From: an uncultured Actinomycetes bacterium
Lineage (GTDB): Bacteria > Actinomycetota > UBA4738 > HRBIN12
Direction: 5' to 3'
NCBI GenBank assembly: GCA_963704725.1
Contig: OY969934.1
Span: 2,336,001-2,400,000 of the forward strand
DNA length: 64,000 bases
A program made the position numbers and the translations under genes. The first letter of the stretch is position 1. Each line of letters starts with the position of its first letter. Below the pieces are notes generated by a model. The model ran no database searches. It saw only the letters and a program-made list of their open reading frames with translations, and was not told the DNA's origin. Positions 1-10,568 of the stretch are shown here, one piece after another.

Positions 1-395
1 AGCTCGACGATGCCCCAGGCGGACACCTCTTCGCCCCCGGCGAACTGCTTCGCCTTCCACGGCTGGTTGAAGAAGACGATGTCGAGATAGCCCGTTCCGT
101 CGAACAGGACGAGGGTGACGATCGACTTCCGGTACCGAGTGAGGCGGTGGTTGACCTTCGACACCTTCGCGAGGACCGTGACGTGCTGTCCGATACGAAG
201 CTTCCCGATCGGGGCGGTGTGGGACCGATCGATGTAGGTGCGCGGATAGTGGTGCAGGAGCTGACGCACGGTCCGGATGCCGAGCGAGTCCGCCAGGACC
301 TCGGCGGCGGGCGGCCCCTTGGTCCGGAACCCCGCGCGCCGCTTGGCGACTTGCGGGTCGATCGCCGACAGGGGCGAGTCGAGGGTCAACATCAT
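1..395 (-). CDS. recG: ATP-dependent DNA helicase RecG, N-terminal part (runs off the window edge)
   Basis: Minus-strand translation gives LGIRTVRQLLHHYPRTYIDRS and VTLVLFDGTGYLDIVFFNQPW (RecG wedge domain); next to rpmB as in actinobacteria; not in the ORF track because it is truncated. Confidence 0.9.
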   Translation of the reverse strand, partial: MMLTLDSPLSAIDPQVAKRRAGFRTKGPPAAEVLADSLGIRTVRQLLHHYPRTYIDRSHTAPIGKLRIGQHVTVLAKVSKVNHRLTRYRKSIVTLVLFDGTGYLDIVFFNQPWKAKQFAGGEEVSAWGIVE

Positions 396-456
396 CGACG
401 CAGAACCGCCCCCGCGCCCGCGCCGTAGACCATGCGTGGGTTCTACCATGCGCCCG

Positions 457-1011
457 GTGACGCACCCCCGGTTCGCGCTCGCAGCCGTGGCCGCGGCGTT
501 CCTCGCGGCCTCGTGCGCCGGCGCCGCCCCGGGCGGTGGCGCTTCGGGGGCGACCGGTCCGGTCCTGCCCGCCGCGAACGCGACGACCGCGCCGCTCCTG
601 CCGACCGACGCCCTCGCGCTGCCCGAGCTCGATCTCGCCGCGTACGGCCGCCTGATCGACCAGCTCCACGGCACGCCGGTCGTCGTGAACTTCTGGGGCT
701 CGTGGTGCGGCCCATGCCGGGACGAGGCCGCACAGCTCGCTGCGGCACACCACCGGTTCGGAGACCGGGTGCAGTTCCTCGGCGTCGACATCCTCGACGC
801 GCGCGAGAGCGCCCGCGGGTTCATGCACGAGTTCGGCTGGACCTACCCCAGCGTGTTCGACCCCGGCGGCGCGATCCGCGACGGGCTCGGATTGCTCGGC
901 CAGCCCGTGACGCTCTTCTACGACCGCAACGGCCAGATCGCCGATCGATGGATCGGGCCGATCCCGCAGGACGAGCTTCGCATCCGCGTCGAACGGCTGG
1001 TGGCGGGGTAG
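457..1011 (+). CDS. TlpA/ResA-like thiol-disulfide oxidoreductase, lipoprotein
   Basis: [13 protein letters not shown] motif; lipobox-like LAASC; GTG start 7 nt after TACCAT (alternative ATG at 448). Confidence 0.85.
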   Translation: MTHPRFALAAVAAAFLAASCAGAAPGGGASGATGPVLPAANATTAPLLPTDALALPELDLAAYGRLIDQLHGTPVVVNFWGSWCGPCRDEAAQLAAAHHRFGDRVQFLGVDILDARESARGFMHEFGWTYPSVFDPGGAIRDGLGLLGQPVTLFYDRNGQIADRWIGPIPQDELRIRVERLVAG

Positions 1012-1040
1012 CGCAACCCGTCTGCTACCCTTCCACGGTC

Positions 1041-1232
1041 ATGGCCGCCGTCTGCGACATCTGCGGGAAGAAGCCGTTCTTCGGCATGCGCGTGTCGCAT
1101 TCCCACCGCCGGACGCCGCGACGGTGGAACCCCAACGTCCAGCGGGTCCGAGCCCTCGTCGACGGCACGCCCAAGCGCGTGAACGTCTGCACGAGCTGCC
1201 TCAAGGCCGGCAAGGTCCAGCGGGCCATCTGA
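1041..1232 (+). CDS. rpmB: 50S ribosomal protein L28 (Zn-binding C+ form)
   Basis: [34 protein letters not shown]...[11 protein letters not shown]. Confidence 0.97.
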   Translation: MAAVCDICGKKPFFGMRVSHSHRRTPRRWNPNVQRVRALVDGTPKRVNVCTSCLKAGKVQRAI

Positions 1233-1262
1233 GGACGCGCTCGCGACGTCGCGAGCGTCCCG

Positions 1263-1694
1263 TCACGCCGACTCGGCCTCCAACGCCGATCGCTGCGCCC
1301 GCGAGATCTCGATCGCTCGCGTCACCGCGGCACGAAGGGCCCCGGCACCGGTCCCCTTGACGACGTGCTCCGTGGCGCCGGCCTGCACGGACCGCCGCAT
1401 GGACTCGGCGTCCTCGTGCACGGACATGACGACGACCTGCGTCTCGGGATGCCGCTCCCGGATCTGCGCGATCGCGTCGATCCCGTCGAGTACGGGCATG
1501 CACAGGTCGAGCACGACGACGTCGGGCGCCAGCTCGTCGGCGAGCCTGACGGCCGTTCCCCCGTCCTCGGCCTCGCCGACGATGAGCAGCTCCGAGCTGG
1601 AGAGCACCACGCGAACGGCCTCTCGGATCGTCTCGTTGTCGTCGGCGACGAGCACGCGAGCTTCCGGGACCTCGGTTCGGGCCTTCGGGTCCAT
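1263..1694 (-). CDS. Single-domain response regulator (receiver domain only)
   Basis: VLVADDN...PDVVVLDLCMP...VVVMS...HVVKG receiver motifs; no output domain. Confidence 0.85.
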   Translation of the reverse strand: MDPKARTEVPEARVLVADDNETIREAVRVVLSSSELLIVGEAEDGGTAVRLADELAPDVVVLDLCMPVLDGIDAIAQIRERHPETQVVVMSVHEDAESMRRSVQAGATEHVVKGTGAGALRAAVTRAIEISRAQRSALEAESA

Positions 1695-1816
1695 CGGGCA
1701 TCCCTCCGTCTCGGCCTTCGCTCTGAGCATCGGCATCGCGACGCTCGCCGGCACAGAGGGTTCGGCACGCAAAACGCGGCTGTGGGAAAGCCCGTCGCGC
1801 GCCGGGCCGACGGCGT

Positions 1817-2635
1817 TCAGCCGATGCCCGGGACGCCGAACAGCGGATCCACGGGCCCGATGCCGTGGCCGATGGCCAGGGCGTGCCGGATGGCCTCGGT
1901 CACGAAGGCCTTGCCCAGCCTGACGGCCTCCTCGAGCGGACGGCCCCGCGCCAGGTGGGCGGCGATCGCCGAGGACAGGACGCAACCGGTGCCGTGGGTG
2001 TTCGGGGTGTCGATGCGCTCGCCGCGGATCCACTCGAGGTCGGTGCCGTCGAAGAACAGGTCGTCGGCGCCCTCGCCCCCCTCCAGGTGGCCCCCCTTCA
2101 CCAGGACGGCCGAAGGCCCGAGCGCGAGGATCGCCCTGGCGGCCTCGGCCATCTGCGCCGGCGAGTCGACGGATCGCCCGGTGAGCCCCGCGGCCTCCGG
2201 GAGGTTCGGCGTCACGAGCGTCGCCAGCGGCAGGATCCGCTCGCGCAGCGCCGCGACCGCGTCCTCCGCCAACAGGTGGTGTCCGTGCTTGGAGACGAAC
2301 ACGGGGTCGACGACGAGGGTTCGGATGCCGGTCTCGGCGACGGCGTCGGCGACGGCCTCGACGATCTCCGTCGAGGCGAGCATCCCGGTCTTGGCGGCGT
2401 CGACGCCGATGTCGGTCCCCACGGCGCGGATCTGGTCTCTCACCGTCCGAGGCGACAGGACCTCGTAGCTCCACACGCCCGTCGTGTTCTGCACGGTCAC
2501 CGCCGTGATCGCCGTCATGCCGAACACCCCGAGCGCGCTGAACGTCTTGAGGTCGGCCTGGATCCCGGCCCCGCCGCCGGAATCGGAGCCCGCGATCGAC
2601 AGCGCACGCGGGCGCGGTGCGGCGGGATCGCTCAT
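1817..2635 (-). CDS. thiD: Hydroxymethylpyrimidine/phosphomethylpyrimidine kinase
   Basis: [40 protein letters not shown]. Confidence 0.95.
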   Translation of the reverse strand: MSDPAAPRPRALSIAGSDSGGGAGIQADLKTFSALGVFGMTAITAVTVQNTTGVWSYEVLSPRTVRDQIRAVGTDIGVDAAKTGMLASTEIVEAVADAVAETGIRTLVVDPVFVSKHGHHLLAEDAVAALRERILPLATLVTPNLPEAAGLTGRSVDSPAQMAEAARAILALGPSAVLVKGGHLEGGEGADDLFFDGTDLEWIRGERIDTPNTHGTGCVLSSAIAAHLARGRPLEEAVRLGKAFVTEAIRHALAIGHGIGPVDPLFGVPGIG

Positions 2636-3633
2636 GCGAAGTGGTCCCACCCAGCGGGCTCGAGCGGCGTCTCGGATCCGTCCGGACCCACCGCGACCAT
2701 CCCGGGTCCCTCGACGACCGCGCCGACGACCGTGAGCGAGACGCCGAACCGCTCGTCGAGGACCTCCTCCGCCACCGCGGCGTCGGCCGGCGCCAGCGTC
2801 GCGAGCAGCTCGTAGTCCTCGCCTCCGCCGATCGCGAGCGCCAGCGGATCGAGCTCGAGCACGGCGGCGCCGTCGCGCAGGGCGGGGGCGATCGGCACGT
2901 CCGACGTCCGCACGCTCGCCCCGACGCCGCTGTCGCGGCACATCCGGGAGAGGTCCTTGGCCAGGCCGTCGGACAGGTCCATCATCGCCGTCGCGCCGCA
3001 GCGCGCGAGCGTCTGGCCCTCGCCGACCCGGGCCACGGGCCGGGCGAGCGCGTCGAGCAGCAGGCGGCCCCACGGGCGCGAGAGCGCCTCGGCCGCCTTG
3101 GGAGCCGCCGCCCGGGACAGGGCAAGCCCTCCCGCGGCAGCCCCGAGCGACCCCGTGACCGCGATCAGGTCGCCGGGGCGGGCGCCCGAGCGCGTCACGG
3201 CCCGGCCCGGCGCGACCTCGCCCGCCACCGTGATCGAGACGATCACCAGGTCGCCCCGGTTCGTGTCGCCTCCGACCAGCGAGAGCGCGTACTCGGTGCA
3301 CGCGTCGTGCATCCCGCCGTAGAGCTCCATCACCCACGGCACCTCCACGTCGGCCGTGAGCGCGATCGACGCGAGCGCCGCCCGGGGGCTCGCGCCCATC
3401 GCCGCGATGTCCGAGACGTTCACCGTCACGGCCTTCGCGCCGAGGTCGCGTGCCGAGATCGAGGCCAGCTCGAAGTGGACGCCCTCGACGAGAAGATCCG
3501 TGGTGAGCACCAGCTGGCCGCCCGTCGGCGCGAGCACGGCGGCGTCGTCGCCGAGCCCGACGACGATGGAGGGGTCGTCGACGGAGACCACCCGCGAGAT
3601 CGCGGCGATCAGCTCGTCCTCGGAGAGCTCCAT
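2632..3633 (-). CDS. thiL: Thiamine-monophosphate kinase
   Basis: [36 protein letters not shown]-terminal GWDHF. Confidence 0.95.
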   Translation of the reverse strand: MELSEDELIAAISRVVSVDDPSIVVGLGDDAAVLAPTGGQLVLTTDLLVEGVHFELASISARDLGAKAVTVNVSDIAAMGASPRAALASIALTADVEVPWVMELYGGMHDACTEYALSLVGGDTNRGDLVIVSITVAGEVAPGRAVTRSGARPGDLIAVTGSLGAAAGGLALSRAAAPKAAEALSRPWGRLLLDALARPVARVGEGQTLARCGATAMMDLSDGLAKDLSRMCRDSGVGASVRTSDVPIAPALRDGAAVLELDPLALAIGGGEDYELLATLAPADAAVAEEVLDERFGVSLTVVGAVVEGPGMVAVGPDGSETPLEPAGWDHFA

Positions 3634-3767
3634 ACGCATCGTCGGGTCGTCCCCGCTCCGGCTGTCCGGACCGTCGGAGGGCCCGGGGGGCCCGGTTGGG
3701 TAGGATACGTGCGCCCTGGGCAGCGTCAGGCCCGCCCTCGGATACCCCGCCACGAAGGAGCACCCCG

Positions 3768-5294
3768 GTGAACGTCCGTCCGTTGAACATCCAGGCCCGC
3801 GTGGTCCACGACAACCCCTCCGGCGAGGAGCTTCGCGCCTTCACCGAGCGGATGCCGACCGCGCGGGTGACGGAGTTCGGCAACGTCAACGTCCAGACCG
3901 TCGTGACGTCGCGGAGCGCGGACAGCACGTACGTCGTGGGCGAGCGCTCCTCGGGCAAGACCATGACCAGGGAGGAGTTCGACCGCATCGCCGCGATGCA
4001 GGACGAGTACCTGCGGGACCAGGAGGTCGTCGTCGTCGACGGGTACATCGGGAACGATCCGGACTTCCGCACGCGCGCCCGCCTCACGATCGAGAAGGCC
4101 AACGCGAACGTCGCGGGGATGCAGCAGAAGCTGTACTTCCCGGCGACGGAGGCGGCCGATCCCGAGGTCCACGTCGTCTACACGCCCAACCTCGCGGCCC
4201 CCGGGTACCCCGACGAGCGCCTGATCGCGGTCGACCTGGAGCGGGGCCTGACCCGCGTCCTGCACTCCGACTACTTCGGGGAGTCGAAGAAGGGCGGCCT
4301 CCGGATGTGGAACAAGAAGGTCTACGACCTCGGCGGGCTGTCGCTCCACGCCGGCCTGAAGGTCATCCCCACCCACGACGGCGAGAAGGTCTTCATGATC
4401 ATCGGGCTGTCGGGCACGGGAAAGACGACCACCACGTTCACCACGCAGAACGAGTCCCTCCCCGTGCAGGACGACTTCGTCGCCCTCATGCCCGGCGGCG
4501 TGTCGCACGGGTCGGAGAACGGCTGCTTCGCCAAGACGTTCAGCCTCGACCCCGACTTCGAGCCGAACATCTACAACGCCGTCGTGAAGCCCACGACGTA
4601 CCTGGAGAACGTCTATCAGGACGAGCGCGAGAAGGTGAACTTCTTCGAGGAGAGCTACACGCAGAACGGCCGGGCCGTCTTCCGGATGGACGATCTCGCG
4701 CGCTTCCGCGAAGCGACGGCGGTGGGCACGGTGGACTACCTGTTGATCCTCAACCGCAACGAGAACATCATCCCCGCCGTCGCCAGGCTCGATCAGGAGC
4801 AGGCCGCCGCGTACTTCATGCTCGGCGAGACCACCGGGACCTCCGCGGGCGGCGCCGCGGAGGCCGGCAAGTTCCTCCGGGTGCCCGGGACGAACCCCTT
4901 CTTCCCGCTGCCGCACGGGCTGCAGGGCAACCGGATCCTCGAGCTGTTGGCCACGCATCCCATCGAGACGTACCTGCTGAACACCGGCCGGGTGGGCGGC
5001 AAGGACGGCGACGACCGCTCGAAGAAGGTGAAGATCCCTCACACCTCGGCGTGCGTGAAGGGGATCGCCGAGCAGACGATCTCGTGGGCGGAGGACGAGG
5101 ACTTCGGCTACCTCGTCGCCGACCGCGTCCCCGACTTCGACGACGGCGAGCTGCTCCGCCCGCGAACCCTGTACGAGCGCCAGGGGCGGATGCTCGAGTA
5201 CCGCGACATGGTGGAGCGCCTCAAGAGCGAGCGCGTGCAGCGGCTCGAGGAGTTCCCGGAGCTCACGCCGGAGATCGTGAAGGCGGCCGGCTAG
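3768..5294 (+). CDS. pckA: Phosphoenolpyruvate carboxykinase (ATP-type)
   Basis: YFGESKKG, GLSGTGKTT P-loop, QDD, ENGCFAKT, NGRA, YLLNTG; AAGGAG RBS before GTG. Confidence 0.88.
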   Translation: MNVRPLNIQARVVHDNPSGEELRAFTERMPTARVTEFGNVNVQTVVTSRSADSTYVVGERSSGKTMTREEFDRIAAMQDEYLRDQEVVVVDGYIGNDPDFRTRARLTIEKANANVAGMQQKLYFPATEAADPEVHVVYTPNLAAPGYPDERLIAVDLERGLTRVLHSDYFGESKKGGLRMWNKKVYDLGGLSLHAGLKVIPTHDGEKVFMIIGLSGTGKTTTTFTTQNESLPVQDDFVALMPGGVSHGSENGCFAKTFSLDPDFEPNIYNAVVKPTTYLENVYQDEREKVNFFEESYTQNGRAVFRMDDLARFREATAVGTVDYLLILNRNENIIPAVARLDQEQAAAYFMLGETTGTSAGGAAEAGKFLRVPGTNPFFPLPHGLQGNRILELLATHPIETYLLNTGRVGGKDGDDRSKKVKIPHTSACVKGIAEQTISWAEDEDFGYLVADRVPDFDDGELLRPRTLYERQGRMLEYRDMVERLKSERVQRLEEFPELTPEIVKAAG

Positions 5295-5620
5295 TCCGTC
5301 CGTGGGTCCGCCGGCTCCCGGTGCCCCAGGAACCAGCCGGCCACGAACTGCATACCGGCTAGCGCGAGCGGAACGACGAGGTACCAGCGGAACGGGTCGA
5401 GCTCGTCCATCGCGGGTTGCCCGTGCGCGTCCACCGAGGCGTAGATCAGGAACAGCCCGGCGAGCGAGAACCACAGGCCGACCCGCCCCGTCAGGTACAT
5501 CGCGTACAGCAGATGATCCACGACGTCGGCGCCCTCGAACCGCCGCCTCGACCACGCCCACAACGACCGGAGGCCGGCCAGTCCCAGCAGCCCGGCCAGC
5601 GAGAGCTCGACGGCCTTCAC
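5291..5620 (-). CDS. Small membrane protein (about 3 TM)
   Basis: Hydrophobic 109 aa ORF; start overlaps the stop of the upstream PRTase (GTGA). Confidence 0.7.
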   Translation of the reverse strand: MKAVELSLAGLLGLAGLRSLWAWSRRRFEGADVVDHLLYAMYLTGRVGLWFSLAGLFLIYASVDAHGQPAMDELDPFRWYLVVPLALAGMQFVAGWFLGHREPADPRTD

Positions 5621-6261
5621 CCCGCGTCACCCCGGACCCGTGCCAGCGCGGCCACGACCTCGTCGTCCGTCGTCTGGTCGAAGCGCCGGTACCACTCGCC
5701 CACCGCGAGGAAGGGCGACGGTGTCGCCAGGACCACGATGCGATCCGCCTCGTCGCGCAGGCGGGCGAGCGACTGGGACGGCGCGACCGGGACGGCCAGC
5801 ACCACCTCGGCGGCGCCGCGCGATCTCGCCCACCGGAGCGCCGCGGCCGCCGTCCCCCCGGTGGCGATCCCGTCGTCGACCACGATCGCGATCCTGCCCG
5901 CCACGTCGAGCGGAGGACGGCCCGCGCGGTAGGCGTGCTGGCGGCGCTCGATCTCCTGCTCCTGGGCCTCGATCTCCCGGTCGAGGTACGCGGGGGCGAC
6001 GTGGAGCGCGACGATCGTCCGCTCGTCGAGCACCCGGACGCCGGGCGCGACCGCGCCGATCCCCAGCTCCGGGTTCCCCGGCGCGCCGATCTTCCGCGGG
6101 ACCACGACGTCCAGAGGCGCTCCCAGCGCTCGCGCCACGACCTCCCCGACGAGGACGCCGCCCCGGGGGATCGACAGGATCACGACGTCGCTGCCGGCGA
6201 ACTCCGCGAGAGCCTCGGCAAGCCGCGCGCCGGCCTCCGCGCGGTCGGTGAACACGGTCAC
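5617..6261 (-). CDS. Phosphoribosyltransferase family protein
   Basis: FTDRAEAG, PRGGV, RKIGAPGNPELGIGA, VVDDGIATGGT PRPP loop. Confidence 0.9.
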   Translation of the reverse strand: MTVFTDRAEAGARLAEALAEFAGSDVVILSIPRGGVLVGEVVARALGAPLDVVVPRKIGAPGNPELGIGAVAPGVRVLDERTIVALHVAPAYLDREIEAQEQEIERRQHAYRAGRPPLDVAGRIAIVVDDGIATGGTAAAALRWARSRGAAEVVLAVPVAPSQSLARLRDEADRIVVLATPSPFLAVGEWYRRFDQTTDDEVVAALARVRGDAG

Positions 6262-6413
6262 GCCTCCTCCATCTCTCGCCGGGCCTGCTCCTCCTCGAGC
6301 TCTCGCCGACGATCGCGGATCACTCTGGCCGGAGGCGGCATCGGCCTGCGGATCCGGCGGTAGGCGGCCAGGGGATCCGGCTTGCGCTTCGAGCGCTTCT
6401 TCCGCTCGGCCAC
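6258..6413 (-). CDS. Small basic protein, 51 aa (below the ORF-track cutoff)
   Basis: MAERKKRSKRKPDPLAAYRRIRRPMPPPARVIRDRRRELEEEQARREMEEA; GAGAGGA upstream; its TGA overlaps the PRTase GTG. Confidence 0.6.
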   Translation of the reverse strand: MAERKKRSKRKPDPLAAYRRIRRPMPPPARVIRDRRRELEEEQARREMEEA

Positions 6414-6536
6414 CCGTCCATCCTCTCACTCGGTCCGGCCGGCGGCGTCCCGAAGGCGCTCCGCCGCGGTTTGCCGCCGCCGCGGGAGGCTGCGTAGCAT
6501 GGCCCTCGGACGAGGCCCCCAACGAGGGAGGGACAC

Positions 6537-6770
6537 GTGGTTCAGGCGTACATCCTGATCCAGACGGAGGTCGGCAAGGCAGCGCAGGTCGCCAAGGAGG
6601 TCCGCGACATCCCGGGCGTGACGGAAGCCGAGGACGTCACCGGACCGTACGACGTCATCGTTCGCGCCGAGGCCAAGAACGTCGACGAGCTGGGCAAGCT
6701 CGTCGTGGCGCGCATCCAGGGCGTCGAGGGCATCACGCGCACGCTGACCTGCCCGGTCGTCCACCTCTAG
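6537..6770 (+). CDS. Lrp/AsnC ligand-binding domain protein
   Basis: MVQAYILIQTEVGKA...VTGPYDVIVR...TRTLTC; conserved actinobacterial neighbour of thiL/ddl. Confidence 0.92.
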   Translation: MVQAYILIQTEVGKAAQVAKEVRDIPGVTEAEDVTGPYDVIVRAEAKNVDELGKLVVARIQGVEGITRTLTCPVVHL

Positions 6771-6807
6771 GAGAGAGCCAACCCGGGGGCCGCGGAGCGC
6801 GCCGAGC

Positions 6808-7911
6808 TCAGACCGTTCCCTTCTTCCGCTCGGCCTCGTGCCGCTCGACGGCCAGCTCGATCAGCCGGTCGACGAGCTCCGGGTAGGACACGCCCGAGGC
6901 CTCCCACAGCTTGGGGTACATCGAGATGCTCGTGAACCCCGGGATCGTGTTCACCTCGTTCAGGAACACGCGGCCGTCGGGCGCCAGGAAGAAGTCGACG
7001 CGCGCCATCCCGGCGCAGTCGATCGCGCCGAAGGCGGCGATCGCCAGGCGCTGGACCTCCTCCAGCGTCTGCCCGTCGAGCGGTGCCGGGATGACGAGCT
7101 CCGCGCCCGCCTCGTCGAGGTACTTGGCCTCGTAGTCGTAGAACTCGTGGCCGCGTGGGACGATCTCCCCCGCCACCGAGGCCACGGGGTCGTCGTTGCC
7201 GAGCACGGCGCACTCGATCTCGCGAGCGCCCTCGACGGCCCGCTCGATCACGGCCTTGCGGCCGTAGCGGAACGTCTCCTCGAGCGCCCGTCGGAGCTCG
7301 TCCGGCCCGTGGACCTTGGTGATGCCGACCGAGGAGCCCAGCGCGGCCGGCTTGGCGAACAGCGGGTAGCCGAGGTGCTCGGCGCCCGCCGAAACCCGTT
7401 CGGCGTCCTCCTCCCAGTCGCGCTCGTGGACGACCGCGTACTCGACCACGGGGATGCCGGCGTCCACGAACAGCACCTTCTGCACGGCCTTGTCCATCCC
7501 GACGGCCGAGCCCAGCACGCCCGCCCCCACGTACGGGACGCCGGCCATCTCCAGGAACCCTTGGATCGACCCGTCCTCGCCGAAGGGACCGTGCATCACC
7601 GGGAAGACGACGTCGATCTCGGTGCGTGACCCGTGCGGGCCCACCAGGGCCTGGGCGCCCGGACCCTGGTCGAGGGCGACCTCGTCCCCCGCCCCCGCCT
7701 CGACGCCGGGGAGCGCCGACGGCTCCCCGGCCGGGGCCAGGGCGGGCGGGCCGGCGGGCATGAGGAGCCATCGCCCCCGCTTGGTGACGCCGATGGGGAT
7801 CGCCTCGTACCGCTCCGGGTCCAGGGCCGCGAGCACCGAGCGGGCGGAGATGACCGAGATCTCGTGCTCGGCCGACCGCCCGCCGAACAGGACCACGACC
7901 CGGCGCTTCAC
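6808..7911 (-). CDS. ddl: D-alanine--D-alanine ligase
   Basis: GGRSAEHEIS, HGPFGEDG, GSSVG, FYDYEAKY, NEVNTIPGFT. Confidence 0.96.
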   Translation of the reverse strand: MKRRVVVLFGGRSAEHEISVISARSVLAALDPERYEAIPIGVTKRGRWLLMPAGPPALAPAGEPSALPGVEAGAGDEVALDQGPGAQALVGPHGSRTEIDVVFPVMHGPFGEDGSIQGFLEMAGVPYVGAGVLGSAVGMDKAVQKVLFVDAGIPVVEYAVVHERDWEEDAERVSAGAEHLGYPLFAKPAALGSSVGITKVHGPDELRRALEETFRYGRKAVIERAVEGAREIECAVLGNDDPVASVAGEIVPRGHEFYDYEAKYLDEAGAELVIPAPLDGQTLEEVQRLAIAAFGAIDCAGMARVDFFLAPDGRVFLNEVNTIPGFTSISMYPKLWEASGVSYPELVDRLIELAVERHEAERKKGTV

Positions 7912-9092
7912 GCCTTCTCCAGCGCCCGCTCGAAGTCCTCCGTGATATCGCCCGCGTCCTCGATGCCGACGCTCACGCGGATCAGGCCGTCACCGATCCC
8001 GGCGGCGCGACGGGCCTCGGCGTCGAGCTGTCGGTGCGTCGTCGACGCCGCGTGTCCCACCAGCGTGTGCGTGCCGCCGAGGCTCGAGGCCACCCAGGCC
8101 AGCTCGAGCGCGTCGCAGAATCGCTGGCCGGCCTCGACGCCACCCTCGATCTCGAAGGCGAGCATGCCGCCCGCGCCGCGAGGCAGCAGCCGGCGCGCCA
8201 GGGCGTGCTGGGGGTGGGAGGGAAGCCCCGGGTAGTGCGCGCGCTCGACCTTGGGGTGCTCCTCGAGGAACTCCGAGACCACCGAGGCGTTCTCGCAATG
8301 CTTGAGCATCCGCAGCTCGAGCGTGGCCAGGCCCCGCAGGCAGAGCCAGGCCTCGAACGGCGCCATCGTGCCGCCGGTCTCGATGGCCGTGTCGCGCAGC
8401 CGGGCCGCGTCTGCGGCCGAGCAGCACACGACCCCGCCGATCAGGTCGTTGTGGCCGCCGATGTACTTGGTCGCCGAGTGGATGACGTACGTGAACCCGA
8501 GGCGAGCCGGATCGCACAGGTACGGGGAGGCGAACGTGTTGTCGACCGCCGAGGGCACGCCCGCTTCCGCACACAGGCCGGCCAGCGTCTCGAGGTCCGC
8601 CACCGTGACGTTGGGGTTGGCGATCGTCTCGCAGTAGAAGAGCCTGGCTCCCGGCAGGGCGCTGCCCACCGCCTCGAGGTCGTGCGGGTTCACGAACGTC
8701 ACCTCGATGCCGTACCGCGGCTGGAGCTTGCGCAGCAGCGAGTAGGTCCCCCCGTAGAGCTCGGTGCTCGCGACGATCCGCTCGCCCGTCGCGGCCGCGG
8801 TCGTGAGGACCGTGTGGATGGCCGCCATGCCGCTCGCGAACGAGAACGCGGCCTCCGTCGTCTCGAGCTCCGCCATGAGGGTCTCGAACGCGAGGAGGGT
8901 GGGGTTGCCGTACCCCCGGGTGTAGGTGTAGCCGGGGCGCCGGAACGAGATCGTCTCCGCATAGTCCTCGGCCGTCTCGAACCGGAACGTGGACGTCTGG
9001 AAGATCGGGACGCTCGGCGTCTCCTGATCGATCGGCGGCGTCGGGGCGTGAACGGCACGCGTCGCGAAGCCTCGCCGCCGCTCCTCGTCCAC
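7908..9092 (-). CDS. Cystathionine gamma-synthase/lyase (Cys/Met metabolism PLP) family enzyme
   Basis: YTRGYGNPT, SGMAAI, DNTFASP, HSATKYIGGH, SLGG, IRVSVGIE. Confidence 0.9.
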   Translation of the reverse strand: MDEERRRGFATRAVHAPTPPIDQETPSVPIFQTSTFRFETAEDYAETISFRRPGYTYTRGYGNPTLLAFETLMAELETTEAAFSFASGMAAIHTVLTTAAATGERIVASTELYGGTYSLLRKLQPRYGIEVTFVNPHDLEAVGSALPGARLFYCETIANPNVTVADLETLAGLCAEAGVPSAVDNTFASPYLCDPARLGFTYVIHSATKYIGGHNDLIGGVVCCSAADAARLRDTAIETGGTMAPFEAWLCLRGLATLELRMLKHCENASVVSEFLEEHPKVERAHYPGLPSHPQHALARRLLPRGAGGMLAFEIEGGVEAGQRFCDALELAWVASSLGGTHTLVGHAASTTHRQLDAEARRAAGIGDGLIRVSVGIEDAGDITEDFERALEKA

Positions 9093-9102
9093 GCCGCCCA
9101 GC

Positions 9103-9819
9103 CTACCCTCTCCGTTTCGCGCGTCGCGCCGCGCGTCGCGCCTCGGACCACTCCCGGGATCCGTCGAGCGTCCATCGAGCCGGGTAGCGCTCCCGGAGCT
9201 CGGAGACCAGGGCGCCCAGCGTGCCCATCAGCTCGTCGGTGAGGGGGCGCGCCTCCGCATCCTCGCGGCCGGCGACATCGATCGGCGCGCCCGCCCGCAC
9301 CCAGATGGGCCGCCCGAAGCTCAGGCTCTGCCGGCCACTCTTGCGCCACACGTACTGCCCGCCCCACGTGGCCACCGGAAGGATCGGCACGCCGCAGCGC
9401 ATCGCCAGGCGGACCGCGCCGGTCTTGCCCCGGCCCGGCGAGAAGTCCTCGGCCGTCGTGGTCGTGGTCCCTTCCGGATACACGACGACGATCTCGCCGG
9501 CGTCGAGCGCGCCCGCGGCATCGTCCAGGGGCGACTGGTCGCCGGATCCGCGGTCGACCCGGATCTGCCGTACGCCGCGAAGGACCGGCCCGAGCGCGGG
9601 GTGCTCGAAGAGCTCCTTCTTCGCCAGGAAGCGAGGGCGGCGCCCCGCCCTCACCACGAAGAAGGCGTGGGCGATGGGGTCGAGGTACGAGAGGTGATTC
9701 CCGGCGACGATCAGCGGCCCTTCGGCGGGGACCTGGTCCAGACCCTCGAACCGCCAGTTGAACCAGAGCTGGAAGGGCGGACGAAGGACCGACAACGTGG
9801 GGCGGTACCAGGGCTCCAG
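9103..9819 (-). CDS. Lysophospholipid (1-acyl-sn-glycerol-3-phosphate) acyltransferase
   Basis: NHLSYLD, RFLAKKELF, YPEGT, KTGAVRLA; start codon uncertain (CTG after GGAGG). Confidence 0.88.
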   Translation of the reverse strand: MEPWYRPTLSVLRPPFQLWFNWRFEGLDQVPAEGPLIVAGNHLSYLDPIAHAFFVVRAGRRPRFLAKKELFEHPALGPVLRGVRQIRVDRGSGDQSPLDDAAGALDAGEIVVVYPEGTTTTTAEDFSPGRGKTGAVRLAMRCGVPILPVATWGGQYVWRKSGRQSLSFGRPIWVRAGAPIDVAGREDAEARPLTDELMGTLGALVSELRERYPARWTLDGSREWSEARRAARRAKRRG

Positions 9820-9903
9820 GACCGCACCTCCTTCCGAGCGCCGGATGCTACCGCGTCCCGGGCGGGGCCTCCCGATCGCCCGCCGGGGCGCTAGCCTTGG
9901 TCG

Positions 9904-10548
9904 ATGCGCGTCGTCGCCATCCCGGTGAAGGGACTGTCTCGCGCGAAGAGCCGGCTCGCCCCGGCGCTGTCGACGCTGGAGCGCGGCGCGCTCACGCTGG
10001 CCATGCTCGAGGACGTCCTCGACGTGGCGCAGGCGGTCGCGGGGTGGGAGACGTGGGTCGTCTCCCCCGACGAGGTGGCCCTGGAGATCGCAGCACGCCG
10101 CGGCGCTCGCGCGGTGGCCGAGGACAAGCCGGCGCTCGCGAACGCGATCCGGCAGGTGGAGCTCCTGGCGAAGGCGCAGGGAGCCGACGCGCTGGCCGTC
10201 CTGCCGGGGGACCTGCCGCTCGTGACGCCCGAGGCGCTCCAGGAGGCCCTGCGCACGCTCGGGGCGGTCGTGCTCGCGGGCTCGGCGGACGGCCGCGGGA
10301 CGAGCTTCCTGCTCCGCCGGCCCCCCAGGGTCATCCCAGCGCGGTTCGGGCCGGACTCGTTCCGTCGACACGTGGACATCGCGACCGAGCGCGGGGTGCC
10401 CGTGGCGATCGTGGAGCGACCGGAGCTCGCGTTCGACCTGGACCGACCCGGCGATATCCTCACGCTGCTGTCCGAGGGCCGCCGAGGGCGAACGCGCGAG
10501 GTCTGCATGCAGATGGATCTCGCCGAGCGGCTCCGGCACACCGCCTGA
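9904..10548 (+). CDS. cofC: Phosphoenolpyruvate/2-phospho-L-lactate guanylyltransferase (F420 biosynthesis)
   Basis: IPVKGLSRAKSRL, AMLEDV, PGDLP, RFGPDSFRRH, DLDRPGD. Confidence 0.92.
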   Translation: MRVVAIPVKGLSRAKSRLAPALSTLERGALTLAMLEDVLDVAQAVAGWETWVVSPDEVALEIAARRGARAVAEDKPALANAIRQVELLAKAQGADALAVLPGDLPLVTPEALQEALRTLGAVVLAGSADGRGTSFLLRRPPRVIPARFGPDSFRRHVDIATERGVPVAIVERPELAFDLDRPGDILTLLSEGRRGRTREVCMQMDLAERLRHTA

Positions 10549-10568
10549 GCCGACCGAGGAGGACCGCC

